This document shows, in pieces, positions 23,273 to 32,799 of a DNA stretch of 64,000 nucleotides (positions are counted from its first letter, which is position 1; each line of letters starts with the position of its first letter). This stretch comes from an uncultured delta proteobacterium (GTDB lineage: Bacteria > Myxococcota_A > Polyangia > Polyangiales > Polyangiaceae), in the NCBI GenBank assembly GCA_963716725.1, contig CAVQUB010000022.1, positions 1 through 64,000 of the forward strand, read 5' to 3'. The position numbers were made by a program, and so were the translations under genes. Below the pieces are notes generated by a model. It saw only the letters and a program-made list of their open reading frames with translations, was not told the origin of the DNA and ran no database searches.

Positions 23273-25165
23273 TCAGGCGCCCTCGATGACCGTTCGGATG
23301 TGCAGGTCCGCGAGCTGCTCCGGGCTCACCGGATTCGGCGCGTCGCTCATCACGTCCGTGCCCTTCTGGGTCTTGGGGAAGGCGATCACGTCGCGGATGC
23401 TGTCGCTGCCGGCTGCCAACATGGCCAGGCGGTCCATGCCCAGGGCGATGCCGCCGTGGGGCGGCGCGCCGTAGCGCAACGCGCTCAGTAGGAAGCCGAA
23501 CTTCTCCTGCGCATCGTCGTCCGAGATGCCCAGCGCCGAGAATACGCGCCGCTGAACTTCTGGATCGTGGAGACGGATGCAGCCTCCCGCGATCTCGAAG
23601 CCGTTGAGCACCAGGTCGTAGCGGTAGCAGAGGACCTTGCCCGGATCCTTCTCGAGCAGCGGCACGCTGTCGTCGTGCGGGCGCGTGAAGGCGTGGTGCG
23701 CCGCGGCCCAGCGCTTCGCGTCGTCGTCCCACTCGAAGAGCGGCGGGTCGACGACCCACAAGAAGTTCCAGTGGTCGCCGTGGCCGACCTCGGGGATGAG
23801 CCCGAGCTTCTTGGCGATGTGCACGCGCAGGTTCGCGATCACCGTGTGCACCATGCTCGCCTTGCCGAACTGGAACAGGAGCAGGTCGTTCTCTTTGGCG
23901 CGACACTGCGCGTTGATGGCGTCGCGCAGGTTCGCGTCGATGCTCTTGGCCAGGGGCGACTGCGTCCAGCTGCCGTCGGCCGCGACCTTGGCGCGAGCCA
24001 GCCCCGCGGCGCCCATGCTCTTGGCGAGCTGCTCGAGCTTGTCGACGTCGCTGCGCGACAGGGCGGCGTCGCCCGGAACCACCATGCATTTCACGATTTC
24101 CGCGGGCAGATCCGGGCGGTAGACCCCGGATCTGAACTTGTCGGCGATGGGCTGCCAGAAGGGCACGCCGCCGCCGCCGTGCTCGACCACCAGCTCGGTC
24201 AGATCCAGGTGCTTCATCTCGAAGCGCAGATCTGGCTTGTCGTTGCCGTAGTCCCGCATCGACTCGTCGAACTTCAGGCGGGGGAAATGCCCGTCTGGGT
24301 AGAGCTTCTTCAGATCGACGCCGAGGCCTTCTTTCCAGATCGTGAAGATCAGGCCCTCGACCAGCGAGAAGATGTCGTCTTGATTGACGAAGCTCAGCTC
24401 GATGTCGATCTGGGTGAACTCGGGCTGACGATCGACGCGCAGATCTTCGTCGCGGAAGCAGCGCACGATCTGGAAGTAGCGCTCGTAGCCCGCCACCATG
24501 AACAGCTGCTTGAAGATCTGAGGGCTCTCGGCCAGCGCGTAGAACTTCCCCGAGTGCAGCCGCGCCGGCACCAGGAAGTTGCGCGCGCCGCCCGGCGTGT
24601 ACTTGACCAGGAAGGGCGTCTCGATCTCGAGGCAGCCCTGGCCGGCCAGGTAGTTGCGCGTGGCCTGGTTGATGTTGTGCCGCATGCGCAGCGCGTTCTG
24701 CAGCGGCCGGCGTCGCAGGTCGAGGTAGCGGTACTGCAGCCGCACCTCTTCACGCGTGTCGATCTCGTCTCGGATCTCGAAGGGCGGCGTCTCGGCCTTG
24801 TTGAAGATGGCCGCTTCGAGCACCACCACCTCGATCTCGCCGGTGGCGAGGTTCGGGTTGGCGGCGGGCACCATCTTGTTCTCCTTCTTGCTCCACTGCT
24901 CGCCGCGAGATCGCACGCTCCCGCGCACACCGATGACCCACTCGCCCCGGACCTGCTCGGCGAGGTCGTGGGCCTCCTGGGAGGCGTCGGGGTCGAAGAC
25001 GATCTGGGTCAGACCGTCCCGATCCCGCAGATCGATGAAGATCAGCGAGCCGTGGTCGCGACGGCTGTCCACCCAGCCGAAGAGCACCACCTCCTGGTCG
25101 ATGTTGGTGGCGCGCAGGGCGCCGTTCGAGTGGGTACGCTTGAGCTCGTCGATGAAGCGGGCCAC
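23273..25165 (-). CDS. aspS: Aspartyl-tRNA synthetase
   Basis: RRDHG, RYLDLRR, FRDEDLR.DRQPEFTQID and PPHGGIALG.DR motifs. Confidence 0.97.
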   Translation of the reverse strand: MARFIDELKRTHSNGALRATNIDQEVVLFGWVDSRRDHGSLIFIDLRDRDGLTQIVFDPDASQEAHDLAEQVRGEWVIGVRGSVRSRGEQWSKKENKMVPAANPNLATGEIEVVVLEAAIFNKAETPPFEIRDEIDTREEVRLQYRYLDLRRRPLQNALRMRHNINQATRNYLAGQGCLEIETPFLVKYTPGGARNFLVPARLHSGKFYALAESPQIFKQLFMVAGYERYFQIVRCFRDEDLRVDRQPEFTQIDIELSFVNQDDIFSLVEGLIFTIWKEGLGVDLKKLYPDGHFPRLKFDESMRDYGNDKPDLRFEMKHLDLTELVVEHGGGGVPFWQPIADKFRSGVYRPDLPAEIVKCMVVPGDAALSRSDVDKLEQLAKSMGAAGLARAKVAADGSWTQSPLAKSIDANLRDAINAQCRAKENDLLLFQFGKASMVHTVIANLRVHIAKKLGLIPEVGHGDHWNFLWVVDPPLFEWDDDAKRWAAAHHAFTRPHDDSVPLLEKDPGKVLCYRYDLVLNGFEIAGGCIRLHDPEVQRRVFSALGISDDDAQEKFGFLLSALRYGAPPHGGIALGMDRLAMLAAGSDSIRDVIAFPKTQKGTDVMSDAPNPVSPEQLADLHIRTVIEGA

Positions 25166-25280
25166 GGGCAGTCCTTTCGGGGGGCACCGCTTTTAGCGCG
25201 GCGCCGGCCAAAGGCCCAAGCCATCAGCGGGCATCTCCCGGAAATTGGGCCGAATTGTCGGCACATCGTAGGGATCGGGC

Positions 25281-27104
25281 GTGCGCTCCCCCGACGCCCC
25301 TCCGCTCCTCCGCCCGGAGCGGCACTGGCTGTACCCGCTCTTCGGGTGGTTCGCCGTCGCCATTCCGTTGCTGGTGACCTTGCTGCGCACCAGCGCGTTC
25401 ACCCAGTGGCGCGACGACTTGCCGGTGGTGCGCGCCCTCGGGCTGGTGCCCATCGGGGGTGAGGGCACGCTCTCGAGCGTGTTGATGCAGGCCGCGTCGT
25501 TCTTGCCCATCGGCGGGCGCGTGCTGCGAGCGGCGCTGCCCAGCGCGCTCTGTCTCGCGCTCGCGGCGCGTCTTGCGTACGCGCTCACCGCCCGCTTGCT
25601 CGAGCAGAACGCGTGGACTCCGCGCTTGACGCCCTTCCTCGCCCTGGCCGCCGCGCTGACCGCAACCCTCGCGCCGACCTGGCAACTCGAGGGCACCATC
25701 GCCGGTGGCGCGACCCTGGCCGCGGCGCTGGTGCTCGCCGGGCTCCTCCTTCGCCCCACCGCGGACACGCGTGACGCGCGGGTTTGGCTCGGCTTCGGTG
25801 CCTTCGTCGGTCTCACCACCATGGAGAGTCACGCCGCGGGTGCGGTGCTCTTGGTCGCGCTGGCGACTCAGATCTTCGCCATCGGGCAGGTCCCACCCAG
25901 GCGGGGCATGGCGCTAGCCGCCGGCGGAGCGCTGGCGGTCATCGCCCTGTGCGCGATCCCGATCGCGGTGCGCCCCTTCGCCTCTCGGGCCTGGGTGCAC
26001 CTCGGTTACACGCTGTCGTCCGCGAGCGTTTCGGGTATCGACACCGCGGCTTCGCGCAGCAGCATCTCGAGCACTTGGTTCGCCGAGGTCGGCGTGATCG
26101 CCTGCGTGCTGGCCCTGGGAGGCCTGGTTTGGGGCCTGATCCGGGCCCGCACGCGCTGGATAGCCGTGCCGCTTGCGGCCTTGGTCATCGCCGATGTGAT
26201 CTTCCCCGCGACCCGCGGCGGGCTGCTCTCCTTCGATCCTCTGGCGCCGGTGCGCTTGATCGCCCTCGTCGCCCTCGCCGCCTGCGCGGCCCTCGGCGTG
26301 CACAGCGCGGCGGTCGCCTTGCAGCGATCCGATCTGCCGTTCGCGCGGGCCGCCGCCGCGCTCCTCGTGGCCTTCGACTTCACCCTCGTGCTGGTCACCG
26401 GCGAGGACTCGGCCTTCCCCGCGGATCGCACCACGCAGAACGCGGCCGAGGTCTGGACCGACGAAGCCTTGGGCGCGCTGCCACCCCGCAGCCTGCTGCT
26501 CGTGCGATCCGAGACCGTCGCGTGGCGACTGTGGGCCGCGCGCGTCGCTCGCGGTGAGCGCCCGGACGTGGTGGTGGTCCCGCTTCCGCTCTTGGGTCGC
26601 GGCTCGGTGGCCAGCAAACTGATCCAGATGGAGCCCGCGCTCGCGCCGCTGATCCGCGACATGGCGGTGAGCGGGCAGCCCAGCGAGAGCGCGCTCTCGA
26701 GCCTGGCCGACGCGCGCCCGCTCTACGTCGAGCTCGATCCGAGCTGGGACAAACGCTTGGTCGATCACCTGATCCCGAAGCCCTTCTGGCTCCGCTTCGC
26801 GCCCCACGCCTACGGACGATCCGATCGCACCGCGAGCCTGGAAAAGGGCCGTCGTCCCTTCAAGCGAGTGCTCGACGCGGCGCAGGCCCCAGAGCACAAG
26901 GACCGAGCCACCCTCACCATGCTCAGCGCCCGCGCCCAGGAGCAGGCCATCGCGCTGGCGGCCCTGGGCGATCGCGAGAGCGTCAGCGAGCTTGTGGGCG
27001 ACCTTCGATCGATCGATCCGGATCATCCCTTCGCCATCGAGATGGACGCGCGCATGAAGAAGCAGGCCAAAGGTCGGATCGACGTCAGCGGCCTGCTTCA
27101 GTGA
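25281..27104 (+). CDS. Multi-pass membrane protein, possibly DUF2723/GT-C-like glycosyltransferase
   Basis: About 10 hydrophobic helices followed by a soluble domain with 'LPP..LLL' and 'RPDV.VV' segments. Confidence 0.5.
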   Translation: MRSPDAPPLLRPERHWLYPLFGWFAVAIPLLVTLLRTSAFTQWRDDLPVVRALGLVPIGGEGTLSSVLMQAASFLPIGGRVLRAALPSALCLALAARLAYALTARLLEQNAWTPRLTPFLALAAALTATLAPTWQLEGTIAGGATLAAALVLAGLLLRPTADTRDARVWLGFGAFVGLTTMESHAAGAVLLVALATQIFAIGQVPPRRGMALAAGGALAVIALCAIPIAVRPFASRAWVHLGYTLSSASVSGIDTAASRSSISSTWFAEVGVIACVLALGGLVWGLIRARTRWIAVPLAALVIADVIFPATRGGLLSFDPLAPVRLIALVALAACAALGVHSAAVALQRSDLPFARAAAALLVAFDFTLVLVTGEDSAFPADRTTQNAAEVWTDEALGALPPRSLLLVRSETVAWRLWAARVARGERPDVVVVPLPLLGRGSVASKLIQMEPALAPLIRDMAVSGQPSESALSSLADARPLYVELDPSWDKRLVDHLIPKPFWLRFAPHAYGRSDRTASLEKGRRPFKRVLDAAQAPEHKDRATLTMLSARAQEQAIALAALGDRESVSELVGDLRSIDPDHPFAIEMDARMKKQAKGRIDVSGLLQ

Positions 27105-28282
27105 GGCCCGCCCAGTCGAATGCGCCGGACCGTCACGCCGGGGAAGCGCGTGACGATCACCGCGTGCCCGCTCCACAAGAAGGCCGCCACGTGCTCGTCG
27201 AAGAACCGATAGGTCTCTGCGTCCGGCGACGCCCACATCCTGTCGTCGAGTCGGGCCAGGGGTCTCAGCGGCTCCCCGGGTCGATCGGCGAAGAATGAGT
27301 TTCTGAGCAGCAGGCGCCCCGCGCTGTCGCCCGACACCGAGAATGCGTACGCTCCTTCCTCGGGGAGTTTCGGTAGTTCGCGGGCGCTGCCGCGCTCCGG
27401 ACTTGCCACGAACATGCGGTCCTCCTCCACGACCACGACGTCGTTCCCAGCGACGCCCACGGAGCCGCGGCTTCGATTGTCCAAGTAGGACAGCCGTCCG
27501 TATCGCGGGTCGATCGGCAGCCTCACCCTGCCGAATTTGGCCAGGCGCGAGTCGAAGCCATGCAGCACCTTGGTGGGAGAGGTGGAGAACGCGTACACGC
27601 GGCCCTTCGCGATCGCGAGGCGGGGCGGTTCGTTGACGTCGCTGCAGAGATTGAGGGCGTGGGTCCGAGAGACCTCCAGGCGACCAGTGGCCGCGTCGAA
27701 GCGACGAAACTTCGTGATGGGTGGGTCACTCTCGGTGTAGGCGGCGACGAAGAAGCCATCGCCCGCGGCCAGGTGGTTGCACGCACCGGGACCGAAGTCG
27801 TGGGACGCGACACGCCGGAGCTCTTTGTCGAAGAGCACCAACTCCCCGGAGCTCCCTGCGCGCACGACGGCCGCCGCGCTGGGCGTGGCCGCGACTCTTG
27901 CCAGCTGCAGATCGCCCACGTCTACCTTCCGGACGATCGCGAAGCTCTCGAGATCGATCTCGACCAAGCCGGCGTGCGCGACGATCAGGATCGTCCCGAG
28001 GGGATGCTTGGACGAGGGCAGCTTGAAAGGCGCCGCGTCGCTGGCGAAGGCCGGCTCCTTGAACACGCTCCGGCGCACGACGGCGGGCAGATCCGGGAGC
28101 AGGTCGGGAAACTCCGTCGGCCCGGGCTTGCCGGCGCTCGACGCCGGCTTCTCGCTGGCAGCACTGCTCGCCGCAGGGGCGCGGGTCGGCGTGGCGATGG
28201 TCTGCGGGGTGCTGGGCTGGAACAACGCCAGCGTGATCATCACCAGCGCGACGGGGGCAAATCGCCAGGCGACGCTGCTCAC
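27098..28282 (-). CDS. Secreted beta-propeller-like protein (possible immunity partner)
   Basis: GTG start overlaps the upstream TGA; signal peptide, Pro/Ala/Ser linker and beta-strand-rich body. Confidence 0.55.
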   Translation of the reverse strand: MSSVAWRFAPVALVMITLALFQPSTPQTIATPTRAPAASSAASEKPASSAGKPGPTEFPDLLPDLPAVVRRSVFKEPAFASDAAPFKLPSSKHPLGTILIVAHAGLVEIDLESFAIVRKVDVGDLQLARVAATPSAAAVVRAGSSGELVLFDKELRRVASHDFGPGACNHLAAGDGFFVAAYTESDPPITKFRRFDAATGRLEVSRTHALNLCSDVNEPPRLAIAKGRVYAFSTSPTKVLHGFDSRLAKFGRVRLPIDPRYGRLSYLDNRSRGSVGVAGNDVVVVEEDRMFVASPERGSARELPKLPEEGAYAFSVSGDSAGRLLLRNSFFADRPGEPLRPLARLDDRMWASPDAETYRFFDEHVAAFLWSGHAVIVTRFPGVTVRRIRLGGPH

Positions 28283-29247
28283 GGCTCCCTCCGAGGACGG
28301 TAGACTGCGTCGAGGTCGTGCGCGTAGGGCCCCGGGCTGGTGTGGATCTGGCCCTTGGCGTCCCAGTGCGCCCACTGGCCGCTCTTCTCGTTGTGCACCC
28401 AGACGCGACGCTCGACCCCGCCGTAGTCCCCGCGCTCGCCGCCGCCCCACGACGAGTCGACCTCGAACACGCGAACGCTCGGCGTCGATCCCGCCGGCCA
28501 CCCTTCTCTCGCGAACGAGCTCGGGAGCGTCTTGCCGCGCACGACGGGGCGGTCACCATCGACTCGATGCACCGTGTTCGAGCGCACGATGACGTTGTGG
28601 TCGCGGCCCCCAGCGTCGGGCTTCAAGTGGAGCCAGTCTCCGGCCCGCGCGGTGGCGATGGGCACGGTCCGGAAGGCGTTGTTCGGCATGGTGAGCCTCG
28701 TCATGTCGAGGCCCACTTGCCCGGCCCGGACCGATCCGTCGCCCGTTCCGCGCGAGTACAACATCGCGCCCCCCACGTAGCCGCGGCAGTCGAAGCCGAT
28801 GCGGTAGTCCCACATCATGCGACGAATCGCCTGCTCCGGCGGCACCTCGCTGTAGGCGCGAAGCGCCCCGGCGTCGATCAACGCCTGCACCGTCTCGCGC
28901 ACCTGAGCCGGACTGCCACGGCTGCCGGTGGCGTGGCGGACGGACATCCCGATCTTCGTGAAGCGTGCGTCCCCCAACGCGCGACGGATCTTTCCGACCG
29001 CGGCCTCCGTCACCTGCGGCGACTCGCCGTGCAGCGTGCGGAAGTGGGGCGTGACGTGAACCTTCGCGCCGTTCACCACGTAGGGCCCCTGCATCTTCGC
29101 CATGTAGTGGTCGAGACGCCTGCCGGTTTGGTCTGCCGACTTGTGGCGCGCGAGCTCAGTAACGGCGGGCGACTGCTGGGCGGGCCTCGCGGCGCGGGGC
29201 TGGGCGGCGCGCACGTGGGCCTGGCCGGCAGCCATGGCTCGCCCCAT
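28279..29247 (-). CDS. NlpC/P60-like (papain-fold) protein
   Basis: IGFDCRGYV ... ARAGDWL ... DHNVIV matches the DCSG / (P)GDL / H order. Confidence 0.55.
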   Translation of the reverse strand: MGRAMAAGQAHVRAAQPRAARPAQQSPAVTELARHKSADQTGRRLDHYMAKMQGPYVVNGAKVHVTPHFRTLHGESPQVTEAAVGKIRRALGDARFTKIGMSVRHATGSRGSPAQVRETVQALIDAGALRAYSEVPPEQAIRRMMWDYRIGFDCRGYVGGAMLYSRGTGDGSVRAGQVGLDMTRLTMPNNAFRTVPIATARAGDWLHLKPDAGGRDHNVIVRSNTVHRVDGDRPVVRGKTLPSSFAREGWPAGSTPSVRVFEVDSSWGGGERGDYGGVERRVWVHNEKSGQWAHWDAKGQIHTSPGPYAHDLDAVYRPRREP

Positions 29248-29365
29248 CGTTTCCGGGTCGTGGGTCTCTCGCCGACGGCCCGATACTCGAATCCATGCGC
29301 GGTCATCGGTGCCGACGCGCGGCGGGTTGCTAGGTAATCGAGAGCGAGTAGAGTCCCGCCCTCCC

Positions 29366-29450
29366 GGAGGAGTGGCCGAGTGGTCTAAGGCAGCGGTTTT
29401 GAAAACCGCCGTGGGGCAACCCACCAGGGGTTCGAATCCCTTCTCCTCCG
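29366..29450 (+). tRNA. tRNA-Ser (anticodon UGA); CCA not fully encoded
   Basis: GGAGGAG/CTCCTCC acceptor stem, GCGGT-TTTGAAA-ACCGC anticodon arm, long variable arm, GGTTCGAATCC T arm, G discriminator. Confidence 0.95.
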
Positions 29451-29544
29451 CCGATTAGTTCCGTGATCTTCAATGCAAAGCGAGCCCCGTTGCGCTCGCG
29501 CTCAAGTGGTCACGAGTGGACCGAGAAGGCCCCTCGTAGACCCC

Positions 29545-29568
29545 AATCTTGGCAAGAATCTTGGCAAG
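29545..29568 (+). promoter_or_regulatory. Putative integrase arm-type sites, left (AATCTTGGCAAG x2)
   Basis: Tandem 12-mer about 90 bp inside the left att. The same ATCTTGGC core recurs at 33003-33026. Confidence 0.6.
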
Positions 29569-29662
29569 CGTGGGCCCGTCCAGTGATGAACGCCGGTGCG
29601 AGCCGATGGGGTACGGTCCCAACGTGGCGTCCGGCAGCTCACCTTGGTGATACATTGAAGCC

Positions 29663-29878
29663 GTGACCAAACGCCGCCAACAGACTGGGACGCCACGAGT
29701 CGGCGCGAAGGTGACGCTCACCTTCGGCGGCCGCGAGGTCGTCGCGACGGTCATCGAAGATCGGGGCCCGCTCGGAGTCGGTGGGCGCAAGCTCCTCCGT
29801 GTGCGTCTCGACATCGAAGAGGGCGTCGAGCCCGTCGAGTTCGAGTTGCCGGCGGCGGACGTTCGAGTGGCGGCGTAG
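29663..29878 (+). CDS. Small hypothetical protein (71 aa, beta-rich)
   Basis: GC3-rich ORF inside the island. Confidence 0.55.
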   Translation: MTKRRQQTGTPRVGAKVTLTFGGREVVATVIEDRGPLGVGGRKLLRVRLDIEEGVEPVEFELPAADVRVAA

Positions 29879-29884
29879 TCCCGG

Positions 29885-30090
29885 TCTTTGCATGGCCAGG
29901 TGGAACGCCTCGCCAATGCGCAGGCCGCTCCCGGCTACCAAGCCAACCAGCGCGGCGTGTCCAGCCGCGAGAATCTGACCGGACGCCTGGACCACGCCCC
30001 GCACCTGCTCAGGGCTCAGGGTCAGGGCGTGAGGCCGGCTCTCCGGCTCCCGCAGCTTGAGCTCCCGGAAGTCCTCGGACCGAAACGGGT
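29885..30090 (-). pseudogene. Tyrosine recombinase fragment
   Basis: LSPEQVRGVV...LVAGSGLRIGEAFHL (box I Arg); no HxxR or Tyr motif follows. Confidence 0.65.
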
Positions 30091-30232
30091 TCCCGCCTGG
30101 CTCCAGGACCACGACTGCCTGCGCCTCGTCCCGGCCGCCGACGGCTCCTTTCGCGCCAACGTCTTGCGGTTCCAGAAGGGCAGCGACGCGCGAGTCATCC
30201 TGGGCGCGGGTCAACTCACTCCCCCAGGTCTC

Positions 30233-31009
30233 ATGGCGTCCCTGGACGCGATGGTCGTGTGGGCGGGCCCCGAGCTGGACCCGTTTGCCGTTTCAATCGA
30301 CGTGCTGCTCGGGCGAGCGAAGGAGAAGGCCCATGTTCCATCTGGCGAGGAGCTCGCGGACTACGCGCGCGCCTACTACGCCGGCGCGGAGCTCTGGGAC
30401 CAGCTGTTCGAGCTCGGCGCCCCGTTCATCCGCACGACGGCGCGCGACGCCGACATGCCAGAGCTCGAGCTCGTAGCCGACAAGAAATCGGTTGCCCGAG
30501 CAATGAAGGCCGCCCGCAAGCAACTGCTCGACGTCACCACCGTGCGCCGCCGGCAGCGAATCGGTTTTCACGGCGGCAGCGACACCTTCACGATCCACTG
30601 GTGCCCCGCGCTCAAGATGTGGGTCTTGTTCCAGGATCTCGACAACCGGTTCTGGAACTGCTTCGGCATCACGCGACCGGACCCGAACAAGTCGGCCCAA
30701 ATCACCGTTCAGGTCAACCCGCCGTTCGAAGGGCTGGACCGCAAAGTGGGCGGGGCCTTTGCCCGCGACCCGCACACGGGCGACGTCTACTTCATTCACC
30801 GCGGCCGCATCGGCGGCGGCCAAAAGGGAATCGGCCCGCAGCTCTTCTGGAGCCGCTTCCGGGGTGGCGCGAACATGCGCGAGCCAGACGAGAGCGAGCC
30901 GAGTCGCGTGGTCGTGGTCGGCAAGGTCGGCAAGGTCGGTTCGCCGGAGTTCGCCCGCGATGTGGCCGGGTTCGTGCACGAGGTGGCACGGATCAAGGCG
31001 GCCGGTTGA
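30233..31009 (+). CDS. Hypothetical protein with a domain resembling N-terminal domains of putative restriction/HNH nucleases
   Basis: NRFWNCFG..P...I.VQVNPP..G..R.VGG.F..D..G..Y..HRGRIGGG..GIG motif string. The ORF-track start at 29888 overlaps the integrase remnant, so the real start is probably later. Confidence 0.55.
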   Translation: MASLDAMVVWAGPELDPFAVSIDVLLGRAKEKAHVPSGEELADYARAYYAGAELWDQLFELGAPFIRTTARDADMPELELVADKKSVARAMKAARKQLLDVTTVRRRQRIGFHGGSDTFTIHWCPALKMWVLFQDLDNRFWNCFGITRPDPNKSAQITVQVNPPFEGLDRKVGGAFARDPHTGDVYFIHRGRIGGGQKGIGPQLFWSRFRGGANMREPDESEPSRVVVVGKVGKVGSPEFARDVAGFVHEVARIKAAG

Positions 31010-31090
31010 GGGGCCGACTAGCCGAGCTCGCCACCAGCGGCGAGCTGCGGACGAGCGACGCGCACTGGCACACAGTGCGCTGCCGATCTG

Positions 31091-31513
31091 TCACGTGGGC
31101 ATTCGCTTGACTCGCATCCGTCGCGCCAGCGCCTCTCGGGCCTTCGCTTTGATGTCGGCGCTTGGCTTGTGTTTCGCGTTGTAGGCACTGCCCGATCTGC
31201 GAATGCGAATCTCGCAGTGAGCGTCATTGCCCTCGATGGGGTCATCCGCTGCGAAGAACTCGTACGGGACCGCATCGTTTCGCGGAATGGGCGGCGGCAA
31301 ATCGCCAGGCGTCACCTCCAGGATTCCATTCTCCTTCGGGCGGGAGGCCGAGAGCACATCGTCTGGCGCGGAGTACCTGCTTCTGTTGAGCGAACACGCC
31401 GGCATCTCGATGCTGTGCGCCAGCACACCAAGGTTCGGGTCGATGTCTTCCTTGGCTACGCTCCGGTACAGCGGCTCGTCCTCGGGAATCGGCTCGTCAG
31501 GGCTGCGAGCCAT
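31091..31513 (-). CDS. Putative ADP-ribosyltransferase-fold toxin (140 aa)
   Basis: E.LYR (R17), CSLNR (S41) and DP..GN.AHCEI (H99/E101) spacing; last gene of an overlapping triad. Confidence 0.55.
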   Translation of the reverse strand: MARSPDEPIPEDEPLYRSVAKEDIDPNLGVLAHSIEMPACSLNRSRYSAPDDVLSASRPKENGILEVTPGDLPPPIPRNDAVPYEFFAADDPIEGNDAHCEIRIRRSGSAYNAKHKPSADIKAKAREALARRMRVKRMPT

Positions 31514-31946
31514 GCTGCGGGCCGACAAAGGTGCGAATCTTTCGGACCGCCTCGGTGAGCTCCCCGGAGGCGACCACCCATGTTTCGGCTTCAGAGTCCG
31601 TTGAGCGGTCGCTGAGGAGCACGACCAACACGCCGTCTTCGTCGGACTCGAGCATCGCGTAGCGAGTCTTCGCAAGGAAAATGAATGCGATCCCTCCTCC
31701 GCGTGACCGAACGATGCGGTCGGGACGTTCTCCCACCTGCGCGAGCACGCGCTCGATCGTGGACGCCGCTCTAAGGGTCTCCGGGGTCACCTCGCACCGA
31801 AAGCGGTCCAGCCGGCTCGACGAGTCTTCTTCCTGGGCCGGGGTAGGCGCTCCGCGTGCGTTCATCAAGTAGCTTCCCGCGACTGTTGTCGTGACAACCG
31901 GCGCGACCCGGTCCCGCGTCGAAGTGAAAGAATTAACTAGCTGCAT
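31497..31946 (-). CDS. Hypothetical protein (149 aa), candidate antitoxin
   Basis: ATG at 31946 overlaps the upstream stop by 14 nt, and its stop overlaps the next ATG by 17 nt. Low-complexity N-terminus plus compact alpha/beta C-domain. Confidence 0.6.
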   Translation of the reverse strand: MQLVNSFTSTRDRVAPVVTTTVAGSYLMNARGAPTPAQEEDSSSRLDRFRCEVTPETLRAASTIERVLAQVGERPDRIVRSRGGGIAFIFLAKTRYAMLESDEDGVLVVLLSDRSTDSEAETWVVASGELTEAVRKIRTFVGPQHGSQP

Positions 31947-32799
31947 GACGCCTTCCCCATGTTTTGTGCGCCTCAGGCGTTGTGAACGAGGCGAATCCTC
32001 GAACAATGTGATCCCGTCCGACATCGAGAAATGCCAGGACACCATCGACTGCTTGCCCCAGGGGTCGGCCTCGAGCGGTCAAGGTGAGTTGCAGCGCGCG
32101 TTCTCTGGTGTCGCGGTAGGCGACCATGGCGCTTGCGATGTGGAGGCGTCCGATCGGCTTGCCCCCGTCTCTCATGACGAAGTGGCACGCGATGTCCGTC
32201 GACTCCGGTGCGTCGAGGAATGAGTCGCTGTACGTGCCGACCCAGGGGCGAAGCACGCTCGCGATCTGCGCGTGGCCGTCAGGGAGAGGAACCAGGTTGA
32301 CGTAGGTTACCTCACACTGATTCGGAACGACGTTTCCGAGGGACTGGGCGGCGACGAAGTCGATCAGATTGGTCAGGTCGGTCGCGAACGGTTCACGGAT
32401 GCTCCCGTACCTCGGGTACGTGGGAGACGAGTCAGCCTTCGTCCAGTTCCGAACGAACCGATCGCCCTGATACTGTTTCAGCTGCGTGTGCGACGAGTTC
32501 CGGAAGATCGCGCGCCGGAGGGGCGGGCTACCGAAAATGGTGCCAGCGTCGCTCAGCTGTTCGCCAAAGAGCTCGAACGCCGGCGCGATCGGAACGTGAT
32601 CCTGCCACTCCGGAAAGTCCTGGCGGCAGCTGTCCCAGAGCAGGGCAATGTGTCTGGTTTCGTACGACAGCGGTTCGAACTGCACGGACAGGGCGACCTC
32701 GACAACGGGCGGGTGCTCGAAGTCGGGCAGGTCGGGTGGTCGCGCAGGCACGTGTGGCAGCATAGGAGATGGGAACTCGTGTCGTGGCAAATTCTTCAA
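31933..32799 (-). CDS. TIGR04255 family protein (start may be the ATG at 32763)
   Basis: FEHPPVVEVALSVQF N-terminus; Q.DRF..NW, YPRY and EVTYVN motifs; F...TT..A...W C-terminus. Confidence 0.78.
   Translation of the reverse strand: MKNLPRHEFPSPMLPHVPARPPDLPDFEHPPVVEVALSVQFEPLSYETRHIALLWDSCRQDFPEWQDHVPIAPAFELFGEQLSDAGTIFGSPPLRRAIFRNSSHTQLKQYQGDRFVRNWTKADSSPTYPRYGSIREPFATDLTNLIDFVAAQSLGNVVPNQCEVTYVNLVPLPDGHAQIASVLRPWVGTYSDSFLDAPESTDIACHFVMRDGGKPIGRLHIASAMVAYRDTRERALQLTLTARGRPLGQAVDGVLAFLDVGRDHIVRGFASFTTPEAHKTWGRRHAAS

Noticed and set aside
29888..30232. N-terminal ~115 aa of the 373-aa plus-strand ORF
   Set aside because: It is the antisense of the integrase remnant; the real gene probably starts at or after 30233.
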